DNA of 64,000 bases from an uncultured Clostridia bacterium (GCA_934130325.1 CAKOYA010000001.1:33725-97724); one strand, 5' to 3'; shown: positions 50,081 to 61,949, numbered from the stretch's first letter. The notes: generated by a model not told the origin, from the sequence alone. A program made the numbers and translations.

Positions 50081-50246
50081 GTAGATAGAGATGATTATAT
50101 AATGATAAAACCCTTTTGTTAAAGGTGGGCATCCCGTTATATTTATTAGGATTCTCTAAAATTAAAGAGCATTCAACACAAAATATAATTCCCGATTCCC
50201 TATCATATGCTTGTAGATTTTCATATAATTAATCTTCTCTATCTAC
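50081..50246. repeat. ~25-bp imperfect inverted repeats (gtagatagagatgatta... / ...taatcttctctatctac) flanking ~115 bp between sigK 3' end and the MBL gene
   Basis: read directly. Confidence 0.5.
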
Positions 50247-50320
50247 ATACATTTTATCATTAATAATACAATATGTAAATATTTTATTTAGATTTTATTT
50301 ATTTTTTGTTATTTTAGTTT

Positions 50321-51013
50321 TTAATCATCCCATCGTATGTATTTTCTTAATTTGTTTTGTACTTTTGTTTCTATACGTGATACATATGAACGTGAAATAC
50401 CTAATTCATCAGCTATCTCCTGCTGAGTTTTAACCTTATTTCCATCAATTCCATATCTTAATTTCATTATATAACTTTCTCTTTGAGGTAATTTGTATTT
50501 TATATATTTTATAACTTCCTCAGAAATCACTTTATCATATATAGTATCTATAGTATCTTTTTCATTAGAATCCAATGTTTCTAATAATTCCATATCATTT
50601 CCATCTTTATCAGTACCTATTATAGTATTAAATGAAACTTCCGCTTTTTGCTTTTTTGTAGCTCTAATATTCATTAATATTTCATTTTCTACACATTTAC
50701 TTGCATATGTACTTATTTTATACCCCTTATCCACACTAAAGCTATTTATAGCTTTTATAAGTCCTATTGTTCCAATAGATATCATTTCTTCAAGTTCTTG
50801 TTCATTAGAAGCATATCTTTTTGCAATATGTGCAACTAACCTTAAATTATGCTCAATTAATTTGTTTTTTGCTTCCTTATCTCCATCAAAATATTTTTTC
50901 AAATAATACTCTTCCTCACTTTTACTAAGAGGTTCTGGAAATAAATTATTATTTGAAATATATCCAAAAAGGAAAAAAATATATGATAGAATATTAGTAA
51001 TAAATGAAATCAT
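50321..51013 (-). CDS. sigK: sporulation sigma factor pro-sigma-K
   Basis: hydrophobic pro-sequence then FPEPLSKSEEEYYL...LIEHNLRLVAHIAKRY; region 4.2 QQEIADELGISRSYVSRIE. Confidence 0.75.
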   Translation of the reverse strand: MISFITNILSYIFFLFGYISNNNLFPEPLSKSEEEYYLKKYFDGDKEAKNKLIEHNLRLVAHIAKRYASNEQELEEMISIGTIGLIKAINSFSVDKGYKISTYASKCVENEILMNIRATKKQKAEVSFNTIIGTDKDGNDMELLETLDSNEKDTIDTIYDKVISEEVIKYIKYKLPQRESYIMKLRYGIDGNKVKTQQEIADELGISRSYVSRIETKVQNKLRKYIRWDD

Positions 51014-51148
51014 ATTAATACCTCCACACTATAATTTATATAATATCTATGCTAATATGAAATAATATTGCATGTCATTCTTGTACTTATCATTTATAGG
51101 CAAAAAAAAGATGCTCTGAATAATACAAAGCATCTTTTTTATTATATC

Positions 51149-51796
51149 TTATCCTTTAACTTGTTTCATTACTTCTTCAGCGAAATTAACTTCTTCCTTT
51201 TCTATTCCTTCGCCTCTTTCAAATCTTGCAAATCTCCTTATTACTATGTTTTCTCCAATTTTAGCAATTAAATTAGTAAGTAATTCCCCAACAGTAATAT
51301 CTGGATCTTTAACGAATTTTTGGTCAAGTAAACAAATTTCTTCAAAGAATTTATTTAATCTTCCTTCAACCATTTTTTCTACCACTGCTTCTGGTTTACC
51401 TTCATTTAATGCTTGAGCTTTTAAAGTTTCTCTTTCTGCTTCTACAACAGATGCAGGTACTTCTTCACGTCTTACATACTTTGGACCTACAGCTGCAATA
51501 TGCATAGCAACATCTTTAACAAAATTTTTGAAATCTTCATTATTTGCAACAAAATCAGTTTCTGAATTTACCTCTACTAATGCGCCATATTTTCCATTAT
51601 GGATATATGCCTCTACTAATCCTTCAGCTGCAATTCTTCCAGCTTTTTTAGCTGCTTTTGCAATTCCTCTTTCTCTCAAAAGTTCAATTGCTTTTTCTAT
51701 ATTTCCATCAGTTTCTACTAAAACTTTTTTACAATCCATTATTCCAGCATTAGTTCTATCTCTTAATTCTTTAACTTGTTCAGCAGTTATTGCCAT
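51149..51796 (-). CDS. tsf: elongation factor Ts (short form)
   Basis: [26 protein letters not shown]...; GGAGGTG RBS. Confidence 0.9.
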   Translation of the reverse strand: MAITAEQVKELRDRTNAGIMDCKKVLVETDGNIEKAIELLRERGIAKAAKKAGRIAAEGLVEAYIHNGKYGALVEVNSETDFVANNEDFKNFVKDVAMHIAAVGPKYVRREEVPASVVEAERETLKAQALNEGKPEAVVEKMVEGRLNKFFEEICLLDQKFVKDPDITVGELLTNLIAKIGENIVIRRFARFERGEGIEKEEVNFAEEVMKQVKG

Positions 51797-51812
51797 AAGG
51801 CCACCTCCAAAA

Positions 51813-52673
51813 TTATTCTTCACTATTTACATTTTCTTCAACTTTTTCAGTTTTCTTTACTCTATCCTTCTTTTGATAGTTTCTATTTCTATTATTTTGT
51901 CTTGGTTTTCTTTCTATTTTGTCTACTCCCTCTTTACGCACTAATTCTTCCATTGTCTCTTCAACATCATCAGTATCAACTTCTGTTAAATTTCCTTCTT
52001 TTGCCTCAATGATAGCATCAGCTATTTTTCCAGCTATAAGACCAACTGATCTAACAGCATCATCATTTCCAGGAATTACATAATCAACATCTTCTGGATT
52101 ACAATTAGAATCAATAAGACCAATTGTTGGTATATTTAATCTTCTAGCTTCCTTTGTACAAATGTATTCTTTTTTAGAGTCTGCTAAGAAAATTAATGAT
52201 GGAATTTTTTCCATAGTTTTGATACCACCAAGATTAGTATTTAATATTTCCATTTCTTTCTTTAACTTAATAACTTCTTTTTTTGGTAAAACATCAAAAG
52301 TTCCATCTTGTTCCATTTTTTCCAAATCTAAAAGTCTAGCAATTCTTTTTTTAATAGTTTCAAAATTTGTAAGAGTTCCTCCAAGCCATCTACTATTAAT
52401 ATAATACATACCACATCTTTCTGCTTCTGATTTTATTGTTTCTTGGATTTGTTTTTTAGTTCCAACAAATAATACAGTTCCACCGTCTGCTACAACTCTT
52501 TTTGTTAAGTTATACGCTTCTTGTACTTTCTTTAAAGTTTTTTGTAAGTCTAATATATATATACCATTTCTTGCAGTAAATATATATGGAGCCATTCTAG
52601 GATCCCATCTTTTTGTTTGGTGTCCAAAGTGTACACCTGCTTCTAGTAATGATTTCATAGGTATAATTGCCAT
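51813..52673 (-). CDS. rpsB: 30S ribosomal protein S2 with basic C-terminal extension
   Basis: [32 protein letters not shown]. Confidence 0.95.
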   Translation of the reverse strand: MAIIPMKSLLEAGVHFGHQTKRWDPRMAPYIFTARNGIYILDLQKTLKKVQEAYNLTKRVVADGGTVLFVGTKKQIQETIKSEAERCGMYYINSRWLGGTLTNFETIKKRIARLLDLEKMEQDGTFDVLPKKEVIKLKKEMEILNTNLGGIKTMEKIPSLIFLADSKKEYICTKEARRLNIPTIGLIDSNCNPEDVDYVIPGNDDAVRSVGLIAGKIADAIIEAKEGNLTEVDTDDVEETMEELVRKEGVDKIERKPRQNNRNRNYQKKDRVKKTEKVEENVNSEE

Positions 52674-52867
52674 TTAAAATTCCTCCTTCTTTTATACCTC
52701 CATAAACATCCACGCTATGCTTAGTCCTTAAAAGGAAGAAGTGCAAAGCTACGTTTATGTGTGTGATTATATCATACGATATATAAGCTAAAAAATATTA
52801 GCATATACATTATAACATAAAAACGTCAAAAGTACAATACTTTTGACGTTTTTTATATTTATTTGAT

Positions 52868-53176
52868 TTAAGCTGGAAGCTGCAAACCATTCTCAACTGC
52901 ATATTTTACCAGCGCCGATTTTATTATGTTCACCTTATTATCAATTGTTAGACTTTTATTATCCAACACAGGAGAGCATATATTATATTTTATAAGATCA
53001 TATATTAATTCGGACTTCACCCATTCAGGGCAAACAGCCTCAAGATGAGATCTTGAAATAAATTCAATATTATCATCCGGATCACCGATTTTGACTTCAT
53101 CCTCCCTGTACCGTTGGCTACACTTCAATAATGCAGCCATAAATATCTCCTTATTATTACCGTTTCGCAAAAACAT
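52868..53176 (-). CDS. hypothetical protein (~90 aa) in GC-richer patch
   Basis: ORF only; composition differs from flanks. Confidence 0.3.
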   Translation of the reverse strand: MFLRNGNNKEIFMAALLKCSQRYREDEVKIGDPDDNIEFISRSHLEAVCPEWVKSELIYDLIKYNICSPVLDNKSLTIDNKVNIIKSALVKYAVENGLQLPA

Positions 53177-53292
53177 ACCAAAAACCTCCTTAAAAATTTT
53201 TAAGTTTTTATTATTTTTATAAAGTGTACATATTATATCATCATTTATTTTTTATGTCAATACATTTTATAATTTTTTGTATTATTTTGTCG

Positions 53293-53491
53293 AATTAATC
53301 GTTACTATTCAGACTATAGTCAATTGAAAGCGCAAAATTAATATCTATTAGCACTATAATATACATAATAAATTCAATTTTGTGGTTTTTATAAATTAGC
53401 AATATTTGCTTTAAAGTGACTTATACCAATATTTTAACACGATTATTTTAATCTTTGACTTTTACCTAGTCTGAATAGTAACAATTAATCT
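53293..53491. repeat. ~23-bp terminal inverted repeats (aattaatcgttactattcagacta / tagtctgaatagtaacaattaat) flanking ~150 bp; MITE-like
   Basis: read directly; one mismatch. Confidence 0.55.
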
Positions 53492-53530
53492 GATTCTTTT
53501 TTTATTTTTTAAAAAAAAGAGTAGATTTGA

Positions 53531-55360
53531 CTACTCTTTTTCAAAATTATTTCCTTCCATAACCGCTTCAAATTCTTCTGCTGTAACTTTCTCTTTTTCT
53601 AGTAATATTTCAGCTATTTTATGTAATTTATCAATATTTTCTTTTAAAATTCTTTCAGCAAAACTATATGCTCTTGAAATTATATCTTTTACTTCATCAT
53701 CTATTTGAGAAGCTATTTTTTCACTATAATTTCTTTGAGTATTCATTTCTTTACCCAAAAACACTTCTTCTTGAGTAGAACCAAAAGTTATAGGGCCAAG
53801 TTTCTCAGACATACCATACTTAGTTACCATATCTCTTGCAATCTTACTAGCTCTTTCTATATCATTTGAAGCTCCCGTACTTATATCATCTAGTACTAAT
53901 TGCTCTGCTACTCTTCCTCCAAGAAGTGATACTATATGCTCTTTCATCTCTGATTTAGAATGATAACTCTTGTCTTCATTTGGTTTGTACATAGTGTATC
54001 CACCAGCCATTCCTCTAGGTATAATTGAGATTTGGTGAACTGTATCATGTGTAGGCAAGAATTTAGAGACAACTGCATGACCAGCTTCATGATATGCTGT
54101 AAGTTTTCTTTCCTTATCTGATATTACTTTGCTCTTCTTTTCTGGTCCCATCATAACTTTTACCATAGCTTCTTCTACATCTGCAATATCTACATTTTTC
54201 TTATTTTTCCTTGTAGCAAGTAAAGTTGCTTCATTTATCATATTTTCTAAGTCTGCTCCAGTAAAACCTGCTGTGTTTTTAGCTATAACTTTAAAATCAA
54301 TCCCTTTTACAAATGGTTTGTTTTTGGCATGTAATTTTAATATCTCTTCTCTTGCGCCAACATCAGGTACACCAACCACAATTTGTCTATCAAATCTACC
54401 AGGTCTTAACAAAGCTGGATCTAATATATCAGGTCTATTTGTTGCAGCCATTACAATTATACTTTCATGTGTAGCAAAACCATCCATTTCAACTAAGAGT
54501 TGGTTTAACGTTTGTTCTCTTTCATCATGTCCACCGCCAACGCCAGCGCCTCTATGTCTTCCTACAGCATCAATTTCATCAATAAATACTATACAAGGTG
54601 AATTTGCCTTTGCCTCAGCAAATAGATCCCTTACACGTGATGCACCTACACCAACAAACATTTCAACAAAATCGGATCCACTTATGGAGAAAAATGGTAC
54701 ATTCGCTTCACCAGCAACAGCCTTTGCAAGTAATGTTTTACCTGTACCAGGTCTTCCTACAAGTAATATACCTTTTGGAATTCTTGCTCCCATTTCTTGA
54801 TATTTTTTAGGATTTTTTAAAAATTCTACTTCTTCCTCTAATTCTTCTTTTTCCTCTTTTAGCCCCGCAACCTGTTCAAATGTTACTTTTTTCTTATCAT
54901 CTTTTCCAATCATTTTGGCTCTATTTTTACCAAAACTCATAGCCTTAGTATTTCCATCAGTGGTTTTCCTTATCATATATATAAATATGAAAAGTGTACC
55001 TAAAAGAAGTAATAAATTTGGCAATAGCGGTGCTAGAGTTTCAAGTGCTGACTCATCTGCTACAGTCATTTCAAAATCACCCGCTGCAACTTTAGGCTGT
55101 ACTGTATCCATAAATGAATTAGTAGACGGTATCTTTACAATCCTTGTTATATCTGTTTCATCTTTTAATACAACTTCTGCTTTTTGCCTATCATTACTAA
55201 GTTTTACACTAGCAACACTAGAATCTTCAATTTTTTGCATCAATTCAGTATAAGACATTTCCTTTGTTTTTGTAGAACTAAGCAATGAAATCATATACAT
55301 TGCTAATACTATAATTACCAAATATGTAAGTAATGTACCTATAATTCCTTTTTTCTTCAT
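53531..55360 (-). CDS. ftsH: ATP-dependent zinc metalloprotease FtsH
   Basis: [23 protein letters not shown] zinc site, two N-terminal TM. Confidence 0.95.
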   Translation of the reverse strand: MKKKGIIGTLLTYLVIIVLAMYMISLLSSTKTKEMSYTELMQKIEDSSVASVKLSNDRQKAEVVLKDETDITRIVKIPSTNSFMDTVQPKVAAGDFEMTVADESALETLAPLLPNLLLLLGTLFIFIYMIRKTTDGNTKAMSFGKNRAKMIGKDDKKKVTFEQVAGLKEEKEELEEEVEFLKNPKKYQEMGARIPKGILLVGRPGTGKTLLAKAVAGEANVPFFSISGSDFVEMFVGVGASRVRDLFAEAKANSPCIVFIDEIDAVGRHRGAGVGGGHDEREQTLNQLLVEMDGFATHESIIVMAATNRPDILDPALLRPGRFDRQIVVGVPDVGAREEILKLHAKNKPFVKGIDFKVIAKNTAGFTGADLENMINEATLLATRKNKKNVDIADVEEAMVKVMMGPEKKSKVISDKERKLTAYHEAGHAVVSKFLPTHDTVHQISIIPRGMAGGYTMYKPNEDKSYHSKSEMKEHIVSLLGGRVAEQLVLDDISTGASNDIERASKIARDMVTKYGMSEKLGPITFGSTQEEVFLGKEMNTQRNYSEKIASQIDDEVKDIISRAYSFAERILKENIDKLHKIAEILLEKEKVTAEEFEAVMEGNNFEKE

Positions 55361-55372
55361 AAATCCTCCCTA

Positions 55373-56380
55373 TCAATAAATCATAGCAATATGTTTTTTT
55401 AATATTTTTATTCTAAATTTTTTTCCAAATATATACATTTTACCGGTAATTCCACTATCTAATAGTTTTAATATATCTTTGATATGTATATTTCCAATAC
55501 CATCAATACTACCAATTTTTAGCCCTATTATTTTTATTATAAATCTTCTTTTTATACTTTCATGTTCACATACCAAAGTAGAAAAATCAAATATTATTTT
55601 ATCGTCAGTTATTTCAATTATGCTATCATTTGCAACTTTTTGCACATATTCTTCTAAAAATTCATTATCCAATTCTAATATATGTTTCATTCTTATTATA
55701 CTTTCCATTATATTAGGATTATATTCATTTTTTAACACAGGTAATAAATTTAATCTTACTTTATTCCTTGTATATATATCCATTGTATTAGTTACGTCAA
55801 AGCAAGAATAAATATTCCTTTTAGTATTATACTCTAAAATATCTTTTTTTTCAATATCAAGTAGCGGTCTTATAATATTATTATTAGTATATTTTATACC
55901 TGTAAGTCCATTTAAACCACACCCTCTAATTAAATTTAAAATAATAGTTTCAACATCATCATTTAAATTATGTGCTACTGCTATTTTAGAATTTTTACTT
56001 TTTTTTGAAATTTCATTAAAAAACTCATATCTAATATTTCTTCCACAAGTCTCTTCAGAAATATGCTCGTGCATAGCAATGCTTTTTACATCTACCTCTT
56101 TATAATAAAAAGGAATATCTAGGCTTTTACAAACCCTTTCTACATATTCTTTTTCGTCATAAGATTCAGGTCTAATCATATGATTAACATGTGCTACCAC
56201 AATGTGAAAATTCATATTTTCATTTTTTTGTAAATAATATAATATATCTAACAAACACATCGAATCAGGGCCACCGGATACTCCAACAACTACTGTTTCA
56301 TCATCATTTATAAGTTTATTTTCTAATACAACTTCTCTTACTTTTTCCCTTATTTTTAAAACTACATCATAATTTTTCAT
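55373..56380 (-). CDS. tilS: tRNA(Ile)-lysidine synthetase
   Basis: VVVGVSGGPDSMCLLDIL PP-loop. Confidence 0.85.
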   Translation of the reverse strand: MKNYDVVLKIREKVREVVLENKLINDDETVVVGVSGGPDSMCLLDILYYLQKNENMNFHIVVAHVNHMIRPESYDEKEYVERVCKSLDIPFYYKEVDVKSIAMHEHISEETCGRNIRYEFFNEISKKSKNSKIAVAHNLNDDVETIILNLIRGCGLNGLTGIKYTNNNIIRPLLDIEKKDILEYNTKRNIYSCFDVTNTMDIYTRNKVRLNLLPVLKNEYNPNIMESIIRMKHILELDNEFLEEYVQKVANDSIIEITDDKIIFDFSTLVCEHESIKRRFIIKIIGLKIGSIDGIGNIHIKDILKLLDSGITGKMYIFGKKFRIKILKKHIAMIY

Positions 56381-57729
56381 TCAGCATCAGGTCCCCTATA
56401 TAAATTTGCAAATTTTGTATACTGTCCAAGCCAAGCAAGTTCCACAGTTCCAGTAGAACCACTTCTATTTTTTGCAAGTATAATTTCTGCTACATTCTTC
56501 TTTTCAGTTTCTGGATCATAATAATCTTCTCTATGAATAAACATAACAATATCTGCATCTTGTTCTATAGCTCCAGATTCCCTTAAATCACTAAGCATTG
56601 GTCTATGATCAGTACGAGATTCTGTAGCACGACTAAGCTGTGAAAGTGCGATTACTGGAACTTTTAACTCTTTTGCAAGAATCTTTAGAGATCTACTAAT
56701 TTCTGATATTTCTTGCTGTCTTGAAGGACTCTTAGATTTAGACTCCATAAGCTGTAAATAATCAATTATTACCAAACCTATTCCCTTTTCAAGCTTCGCC
56801 TTTCTACATTTAGCTCTTAATTCACTCGAAGAAAGTCCAGGCGTATCATCAATATATAGTGGTATCTCAGAAAGTTTGCCACTAGCAGTTCCAAGTTTTA
56901 ACCAATCCTCACTAGTTAAATCGGCATTTCTTAATTTCATACTGTCAACTTCACTTTCACTTGCTAAAATTCTATTTACCATCTGTTCTTTAGACATTTC
57001 CAAACTAAATATCATTACCGGGATATTATCATGCATAGCAACATAATTTGCAATATTTAAGACAAATGCAGATTTTCCCATAGCAGGACGTGCAGCTATA
57101 ATTATTAAATCAGAAGGATTTAGTCCGGAAGTTTTATTATCTAAATCTATAAATCCACTAGAAATTCCAGAAATTTTATTTTTATTTTGATACATATTTT
57201 CAATATTATCAAAAGCTGTTATTAATATTTCTTTTATACTTGCATAATTCTTAGAATTCCTATTCTGTAAAACATCGAAAACTTTTTTCTCAGTCTGCTC
57301 TATTATAGTATCTACTTCCTCAGTTTGAGCATATCCCATTCGCAATATATCTTGTGCTGTTTTTATAAGTTGCCTTATAACAGATTTTTCTTCCACTATT
57401 TTTACGTAATTTTCAACATTAGAAGTAGTTGGGACTTGATCTATTAGAGTAGCTATGTATTGGGTTCCGCCAACCTTTTCAAAAGTTCCTCTTAGTTTTA
57501 ACTGGTCACTTAATGTTATAACATCTATATGGTTACCTAATCCATAAATTTCAATCATAGCAGCATATATTTCCTTATGATCTTCCCTATAAAAATCTTC
57601 AGGTTTTAATAATTCTGCTGCTGCGATTACAGCATCTGTATCTGTAAGCATTGACCCTAATACAGCTTGCTCTGCTAATGTATCGTTTGGTTGTACTTTA
57701 TTTAAAATTTCATTTTCCATGAAAAACAC
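56377..57729 (-). CDS. dnaB: replicative DNA helicase
   Basis: 450 aa; DnaB N-domain, Walker A ARPAMGKSAFVLN, RecA-like C-domain. Confidence 0.95.
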   Translation of the reverse strand: MFFMENEILNKVQPNDTLAEQAVLGSMLTDTDAVIAAAELLKPEDFYREDHKEIYAAMIEIYGLGNHIDVITLSDQLKLRGTFEKVGGTQYIATLIDQVPTTSNVENYVKIVEEKSVIRQLIKTAQDILRMGYAQTEEVDTIIEQTEKKVFDVLQNRNSKNYASIKEILITAFDNIENMYQNKNKISGISSGFIDLDNKTSGLNPSDLIIIAARPAMGKSAFVLNIANYVAMHDNIPVMIFSLEMSKEQMVNRILASESEVDSMKLRNADLTSEDWLKLGTASGKLSEIPLYIDDTPGLSSSELRAKCRKAKLEKGIGLVIIDYLQLMESKSKSPSRQQEISEISRSLKILAKELKVPVIALSQLSRATESRTDHRPMLSDLRESGAIEQDADIVMFIHREDYYDPETEKKNVAEIILAKNRSGSTGTVELAWLGQYTKFANLYRGPDAE

Positions 57730-58176
57730 CTATACTCCAATTACAACTATTTTTAGTTTTGCTATAATTCCCTCATATAACTTAATTTCTGCATTATAAT
57801 TTCCTAGCTGCTTTATTGGGCAGTCTATCACAATTTTCTTTTTGTTTACTTTTATGCCCAATTTTTCAAATAATTTATCAGCTATTTCTTTTTCTGTTAC
57901 GCTGCCAAATATTTTGCCAGCTTTACCAGTTTTTTCTTTAAACTCTATGTATATTTTTTCTATCTCTTCCTTTTGTCTTTTGGCAAATTCAATTTCTTCG
58001 CCTTTTTTAAAGTTGATAGCAGCCTGTTTTGTCTTAGCCTCATTTACATTCTTACCATCGGCAATTTTTGCTATATTCTTTGGAAATAAAAAATTTCTTG
58101 CATATCCTTCGCTTACTTCAACAATTTGAAGTTTTTTACCAAGCCCCTTTATATCTTGATTTAATACAACTTTCAA
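57730..58176 (-). CDS. rplI: 50S ribosomal protein L9
   Basis: MKVVLNQDIKGLGKKLQIVEVSEGYARNFL. Confidence 0.95.
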   Translation of the reverse strand: MKVVLNQDIKGLGKKLQIVEVSEGYARNFLFPKNIAKIADGKNVNEAKTKQAAINFKKGEEIEFAKRQKEEIEKIYIEFKEKTGKAGKIFGSVTEKEIADKLFEKLGIKVNKKKIVIDCPIKQLGNYNAEIKLYEGIIAKLKIVVIGV

Positions 58177-58190
58177 ACTTATTCCCCCTA

Positions 58191-60164
58191 TTATTCCTTA
58201 CCATAATATTCATCTATACTTTCAATTAATCTTTTTTTTGCCTCTTCAACTGTAACACCAGCAATTTGAGCTCCAGCAAATGTAAGATGGCCACCGCCTC
58301 CCATTGTTTCAAGAATTGATTGGACATTAATGTCGCCCATTGATCTTCCAGATATCATAACAACATCTTCTACTTTACATAGAACAAATGAAGCAAGCAC
58401 ACCAGATATAGAAAGTAGTTCATCCGCAGCCTGTGCTGCTATAATTGGCATGTCATTATACTCTTCTTGTGATGTAGAAATTGCAATTTGACCTTTTATT
58501 ATTTCTGCATCCTTAACAATATTTACTCTAGCTATATAAGTTTCAAAATCACTTTGAAATAATTGCTTTACCTCTGTTAAATCAATACTATAACGTTTTA
58601 AATATGCAGCAACTTCAAAAGTTCTTACGCCAGTTTTAAACATAAAATTCTTAGTATCTACCACAATTCCAGCATATAAACATTCAGCCTCAACTGCTGT
58701 TAATTTTATTTCATCTAAATACATTAGTAATTCTGTAACTAATTCACAAGTAGAAGAAGCATATATCTCATGATAAGTTAATAATGTATTTTCAATAAAT
58801 TCTGGACCTCTTCTATGATGATCTATTATAACAACTTTTTCAAATTCATCTACAAAATCCGGTGAAACAACATAAGATTTTTTATGCGTATCAACAACTA
58901 TTAAAATTGCGTTATTTACATCTTGTTTTTTTAAATCAGCTTGTGAAATAAATATATCTTTATATTCTTCCTGAGTTTTTAACTTATCCATAACAAGTTT
59001 AGTACTACTATTACATTTATTATCAACGACGATATTAACGTCTTTTGACAAAGACTTTGCTATTTTATATACACCAATTGCAGCACCGATACAATCAATA
59101 TCTGTGTTCTTATGTCCTATTATATATACTTTATCAGATTTTTGAATAACTTCACGCAATGCTTGTGCAATAGTTCTTGCACGTACTCTACTAGTTTTTT
59201 CAAGCCCTATATTTGATCCTCCGTAAAAGTCAAATTTTTTATCTTTTTTTACTACTACTTGATCTCCACCTCTACCAAGTGCAATATCTAATGCAGAGGA
59301 ACTAGCATTATATCTTTCATCTAAAGTATTTTCAGAATATGACAATCCTATTGAAATAGTAATTGGAAGTTTAGTTTTATCAGATATACTTTTAACCCTT
59401 TCCAAAATACCAAATGAATTTTTCTCCATTTCTTCAACATATTGTTTCTCTATAAAAATCACGAATCTATCTTTATCCATTTTTGTCATAACACCATGGT
59501 TATCTACTACCCAAGTATTTAATTCTTTTGCTATCTTAGAAGAGATTTCCGCTTTTTGTATTTCATCCAATCCCTGCATTGTTTCTTCATAATTATCTAC
59601 AAATATCACACCTACTGATAGCCTAGTATTATCAAGAGACTTTTTTAATAAATTTTCTTCAGTTTTATTCAAAAAGGATATTAATAGGCATTCTGAATTA
59701 GAAAAATGTATATAATTTCCTATCGCACTATATAGTTCTCCATTTCCAATATCTGTAGCTGATACCATAATTTCATTTTTTAATTTTTGTTTTTCAAGCC
59801 TTATTGCAACATCATGTATAAATTCCTTTGGAATAATATGTTGAGCCTTATTATTTTGCCAAATAATTTGTGTAGGTGAACTCAACATAACCATGGGGAT
59901 ATCTATAACATTAAGGCTATCTTTTAATACAACATCTACACTTTTTGAAAGTTCTTCTATTCTATGTTTCCTATTTTTTATTTCTCTAATACAAGTATAA
60001 ATACAGAATATAGTAGTAATTGCAATTATTATTAAATCTATATATAAAGTAATTGGTTTTATTATACATACTAAAACAGAAATTAATACTATTATAGCTA
60101 AATATGCAATTTGAACAGAAAACACGTTTAAATCTAACCACTTGCTCTTTTTAATTTTTTTCAT
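58191..60164 (-). CDS. gdpP: c-di-AMP phosphodiesterase GdpP (TM-PAS-degenerate GGDEF-DHH-DHHA1)
   Basis: two N-terminal TM helices, DHH motif IIGHKNTDIDCIGAAIG, C-terminal GGGH; conserved position next to rplI/dnaB. Confidence 0.85.
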   Translation of the reverse strand: MKKIKKSKWLDLNVFSVQIAYLAIIVLISVLVCIIKPITLYIDLIIIAITTIFCIYTCIREIKNRKHRIEELSKSVDVVLKDSLNVIDIPMVMLSSPTQIIWQNNKAQHIIPKEFIHDVAIRLEKQKLKNEIMVSATDIGNGELYSAIGNYIHFSNSECLLISFLNKTEENLLKKSLDNTRLSVGVIFVDNYEETMQGLDEIQKAEISSKIAKELNTWVVDNHGVMTKMDKDRFVIFIEKQYVEEMEKNSFGILERVKSISDKTKLPITISIGLSYSENTLDERYNASSSALDIALGRGGDQVVVKKDKKFDFYGGSNIGLEKTSRVRARTIAQALREVIQKSDKVYIIGHKNTDIDCIGAAIGVYKIAKSLSKDVNIVVDNKCNSSTKLVMDKLKTQEEYKDIFISQADLKKQDVNNAILIVVDTHKKSYVVSPDFVDEFEKVVIIDHHRRGPEFIENTLLTYHEIYASSTCELVTELLMYLDEIKLTAVEAECLYAGIVVDTKNFMFKTGVRTFEVAAYLKRYSIDLTEVKQLFQSDFETYIARVNIVKDAEIIKGQIAISTSQEEYNDMPIIAAQAADELLSISGVLASFVLCKVEDVVMISGRSMGDINVQSILETMGGGGHLTFAGAQIAGVTVEEAKKRLIESIDEYYGKE

Positions 60165-60322
60165 TTTAGTTCCTTCTTAAATTATAATTATACTAGTATA
60201 TTTTACTATTTTTCTTTACATTTGTCAAGGAAGATTACTGTACATAAAAATGACCCAAAATTATTAAACTTTTTATTAATAATTTGGATCCATTTTATAA
60301 ACATAAGTTAAATTACTCTAAC

Positions 60323-61390
60323 TTAATTATATTTTTCAAAATCATCTTCAATATTTCCAACCATAACTTCAAATATGTCCTCCATTGTTATAATTCCAAT
60401 TGCAATATTTTTCTCTTTTGTGACAATTACAATATGTTCCTTATTATTCTTCATTTCATTAAATAATAAATCTATTCTTTTACCAGCTGAAATTTTCATG
60501 CATGGTTTAACATATTTTGTAACATCTAATTTGCTACCACTTCTTTCTTGTAACATATTCTTTAAAACATTTTTTACATTAACAATTCCAACAATATTTC
60601 TCTTATCTTTATCACAAATTGGTATTCTTGTATATCCATAATTTAATATAACATTTTTTATCTGCTCTTTATTGCTATTTAAATCAAGCACTGTTACTTC
60701 TTCTATATTTCTCATAACATCTTTTGCTACCATTTTATCAAGTTTTAAAAATTTAACTAATACTTCACTCTCATATTTACTCAAATTTCCTTGTTCTTTT
60801 GCAATTTCAACTGACTCTCTTACTTCAGAATCATTATATTCTATTTTAGCTTTTCTGTCTATTTTAAATAATCTCATGATTAATTCTTCTGTTTTACTAG
60901 TAATTTTAGTAATCGGAGAAAAAAATTTTGAAACATAATATAGAAAATTAATATTAGATAAAACTATATTTTTTCTGTTCTTTATAGCGTATGCTTTCGG
61001 CATAACATCTGCAAATATATATAATACATAAGTAAACATTATAACCGTAACTAGAATAACTACATATTTTAAAAAATAGTTTGTTCCCAAAAAATTAAAT
61101 CTAAAATCTCTATATATTGGCACAGCAACTATTTCTACTATTAAAGCTCCAATCCATAAATTCAAAAAAGACACTCCTGAAGTCACTGAAGATACCAAAA
61201 CACTAGAATTTTTTAAGATGTATCTTAATTTTTTTATTTTTTCTTTATCTTTTACTTCATTAAATGATAACTCATCTTTTGAAGTTGCAAGATATGCGGT
61301 AGATATGGCACTCATATATATCATTACTAAAAAAAGTATGATTAGTGTAGTTATTTCTAAATATATCATATAATACCTCTTTAAAATCAT
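60323..61390 (-). CDS. DUF21-CBS (CNNM/TlyC/CorC-family) membrane protein
   Basis: N-terminal 4 TM, CBS pair (VLDLNSNKEQIKNVILNYGYTRIPI). Confidence 0.65.
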   Translation of the reverse strand: MILKRYYMIYLEITTLIILFLVMIYMSAISTAYLATSKDELSFNEVKDKEKIKKLRYILKNSSVLVSSVTSGVSFLNLWIGALIVEIVAVPIYRDFRFNFLGTNYFLKYVVILVTVIMFTYVLYIFADVMPKAYAIKNRKNIVLSNINFLYYVSKFFSPITKITSKTEELIMRLFKIDRKAKIEYNDSEVRESVEIAKEQGNLSKYESEVLVKFLKLDKMVAKDVMRNIEEVTVLDLNSNKEQIKNVILNYGYTRIPICDKDKRNIVGIVNVKNVLKNMLQERSGSKLDVTKYVKPCMKISAGKRIDLLFNEMKNNKEHIVIVTKEKNIAIGIITMEDIFEVMVGNIEDDFEKYN

Positions 61391-61472
61391 TAAAAAATTT
61401 ATACTATATATTATACAATATGCTTACAACTTTTTTCAATAAATATAATTTAATACTTACATAAATAAAATA

Positions 61473-61664
61473 TTAAGAATTTAAAATTTGATAAAACGTT
61501 TTCTCTAAATTTTCGCTAATTTGTTTTTGAAGTTCCAATTCATATTCTATTTCTTTCAATTCTTTTAAGCTATTTAAATATAAAGAATAAAATATAATAA
61601 TTGGAACCACTACCACAAGAATTGACAACACTAAATACAACATAACAGCCTCCCAACAATACAT
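61473..61664 (-). CDS. small membrane protein (63 aa)
   Basis: ORF; one TM. Confidence 0.3.
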   Translation of the reverse strand: MYCWEAVMLYLVLSILVVVVPIIIFYSLYLNSLKELKEIEYELELQKQISENLEKTFYQILNS

Positions 61665-61778
61665 TAAATATTGTTTGAATTATATCATAACACGGTATGT
61701 ATTGCAATACATACATTAGAAATTTTTGTTGTATTATTTTAATATATTTTATTATAAAATATTCTAGGGTGACTTAGC

Positions 61779-61949
61779 ATGAAAATAAACATTAATTTTG
61801 AAAAAGAAAAAATTTCTTCTAGCTATAAAACTATATATTTAAAAGATTATATAATTGATGATATAAATAAACTTTCTTGTAAATACAATACATCTTTTAA
61901 TAATATAGTCGTAAAAATGCTTGAATATTGTTTAAAAAATGGATTTTAG
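61779..61949 (+). CDS. small RHH-like protein (56 aa), paralogue of 22915-23100
   Basis: GGGTG RBS; MKININFEKEKISSSYKTIYLKDYIIDDINKLSCKYNTSFNNIVVKMLEYCLKNGF aligns with the 22915 product. Confidence 0.5.
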   Translation: MKININFEKEKISSSYKTIYLKDYIIDDINKLSCKYNTSFNNIVVKMLEYCLKNGF

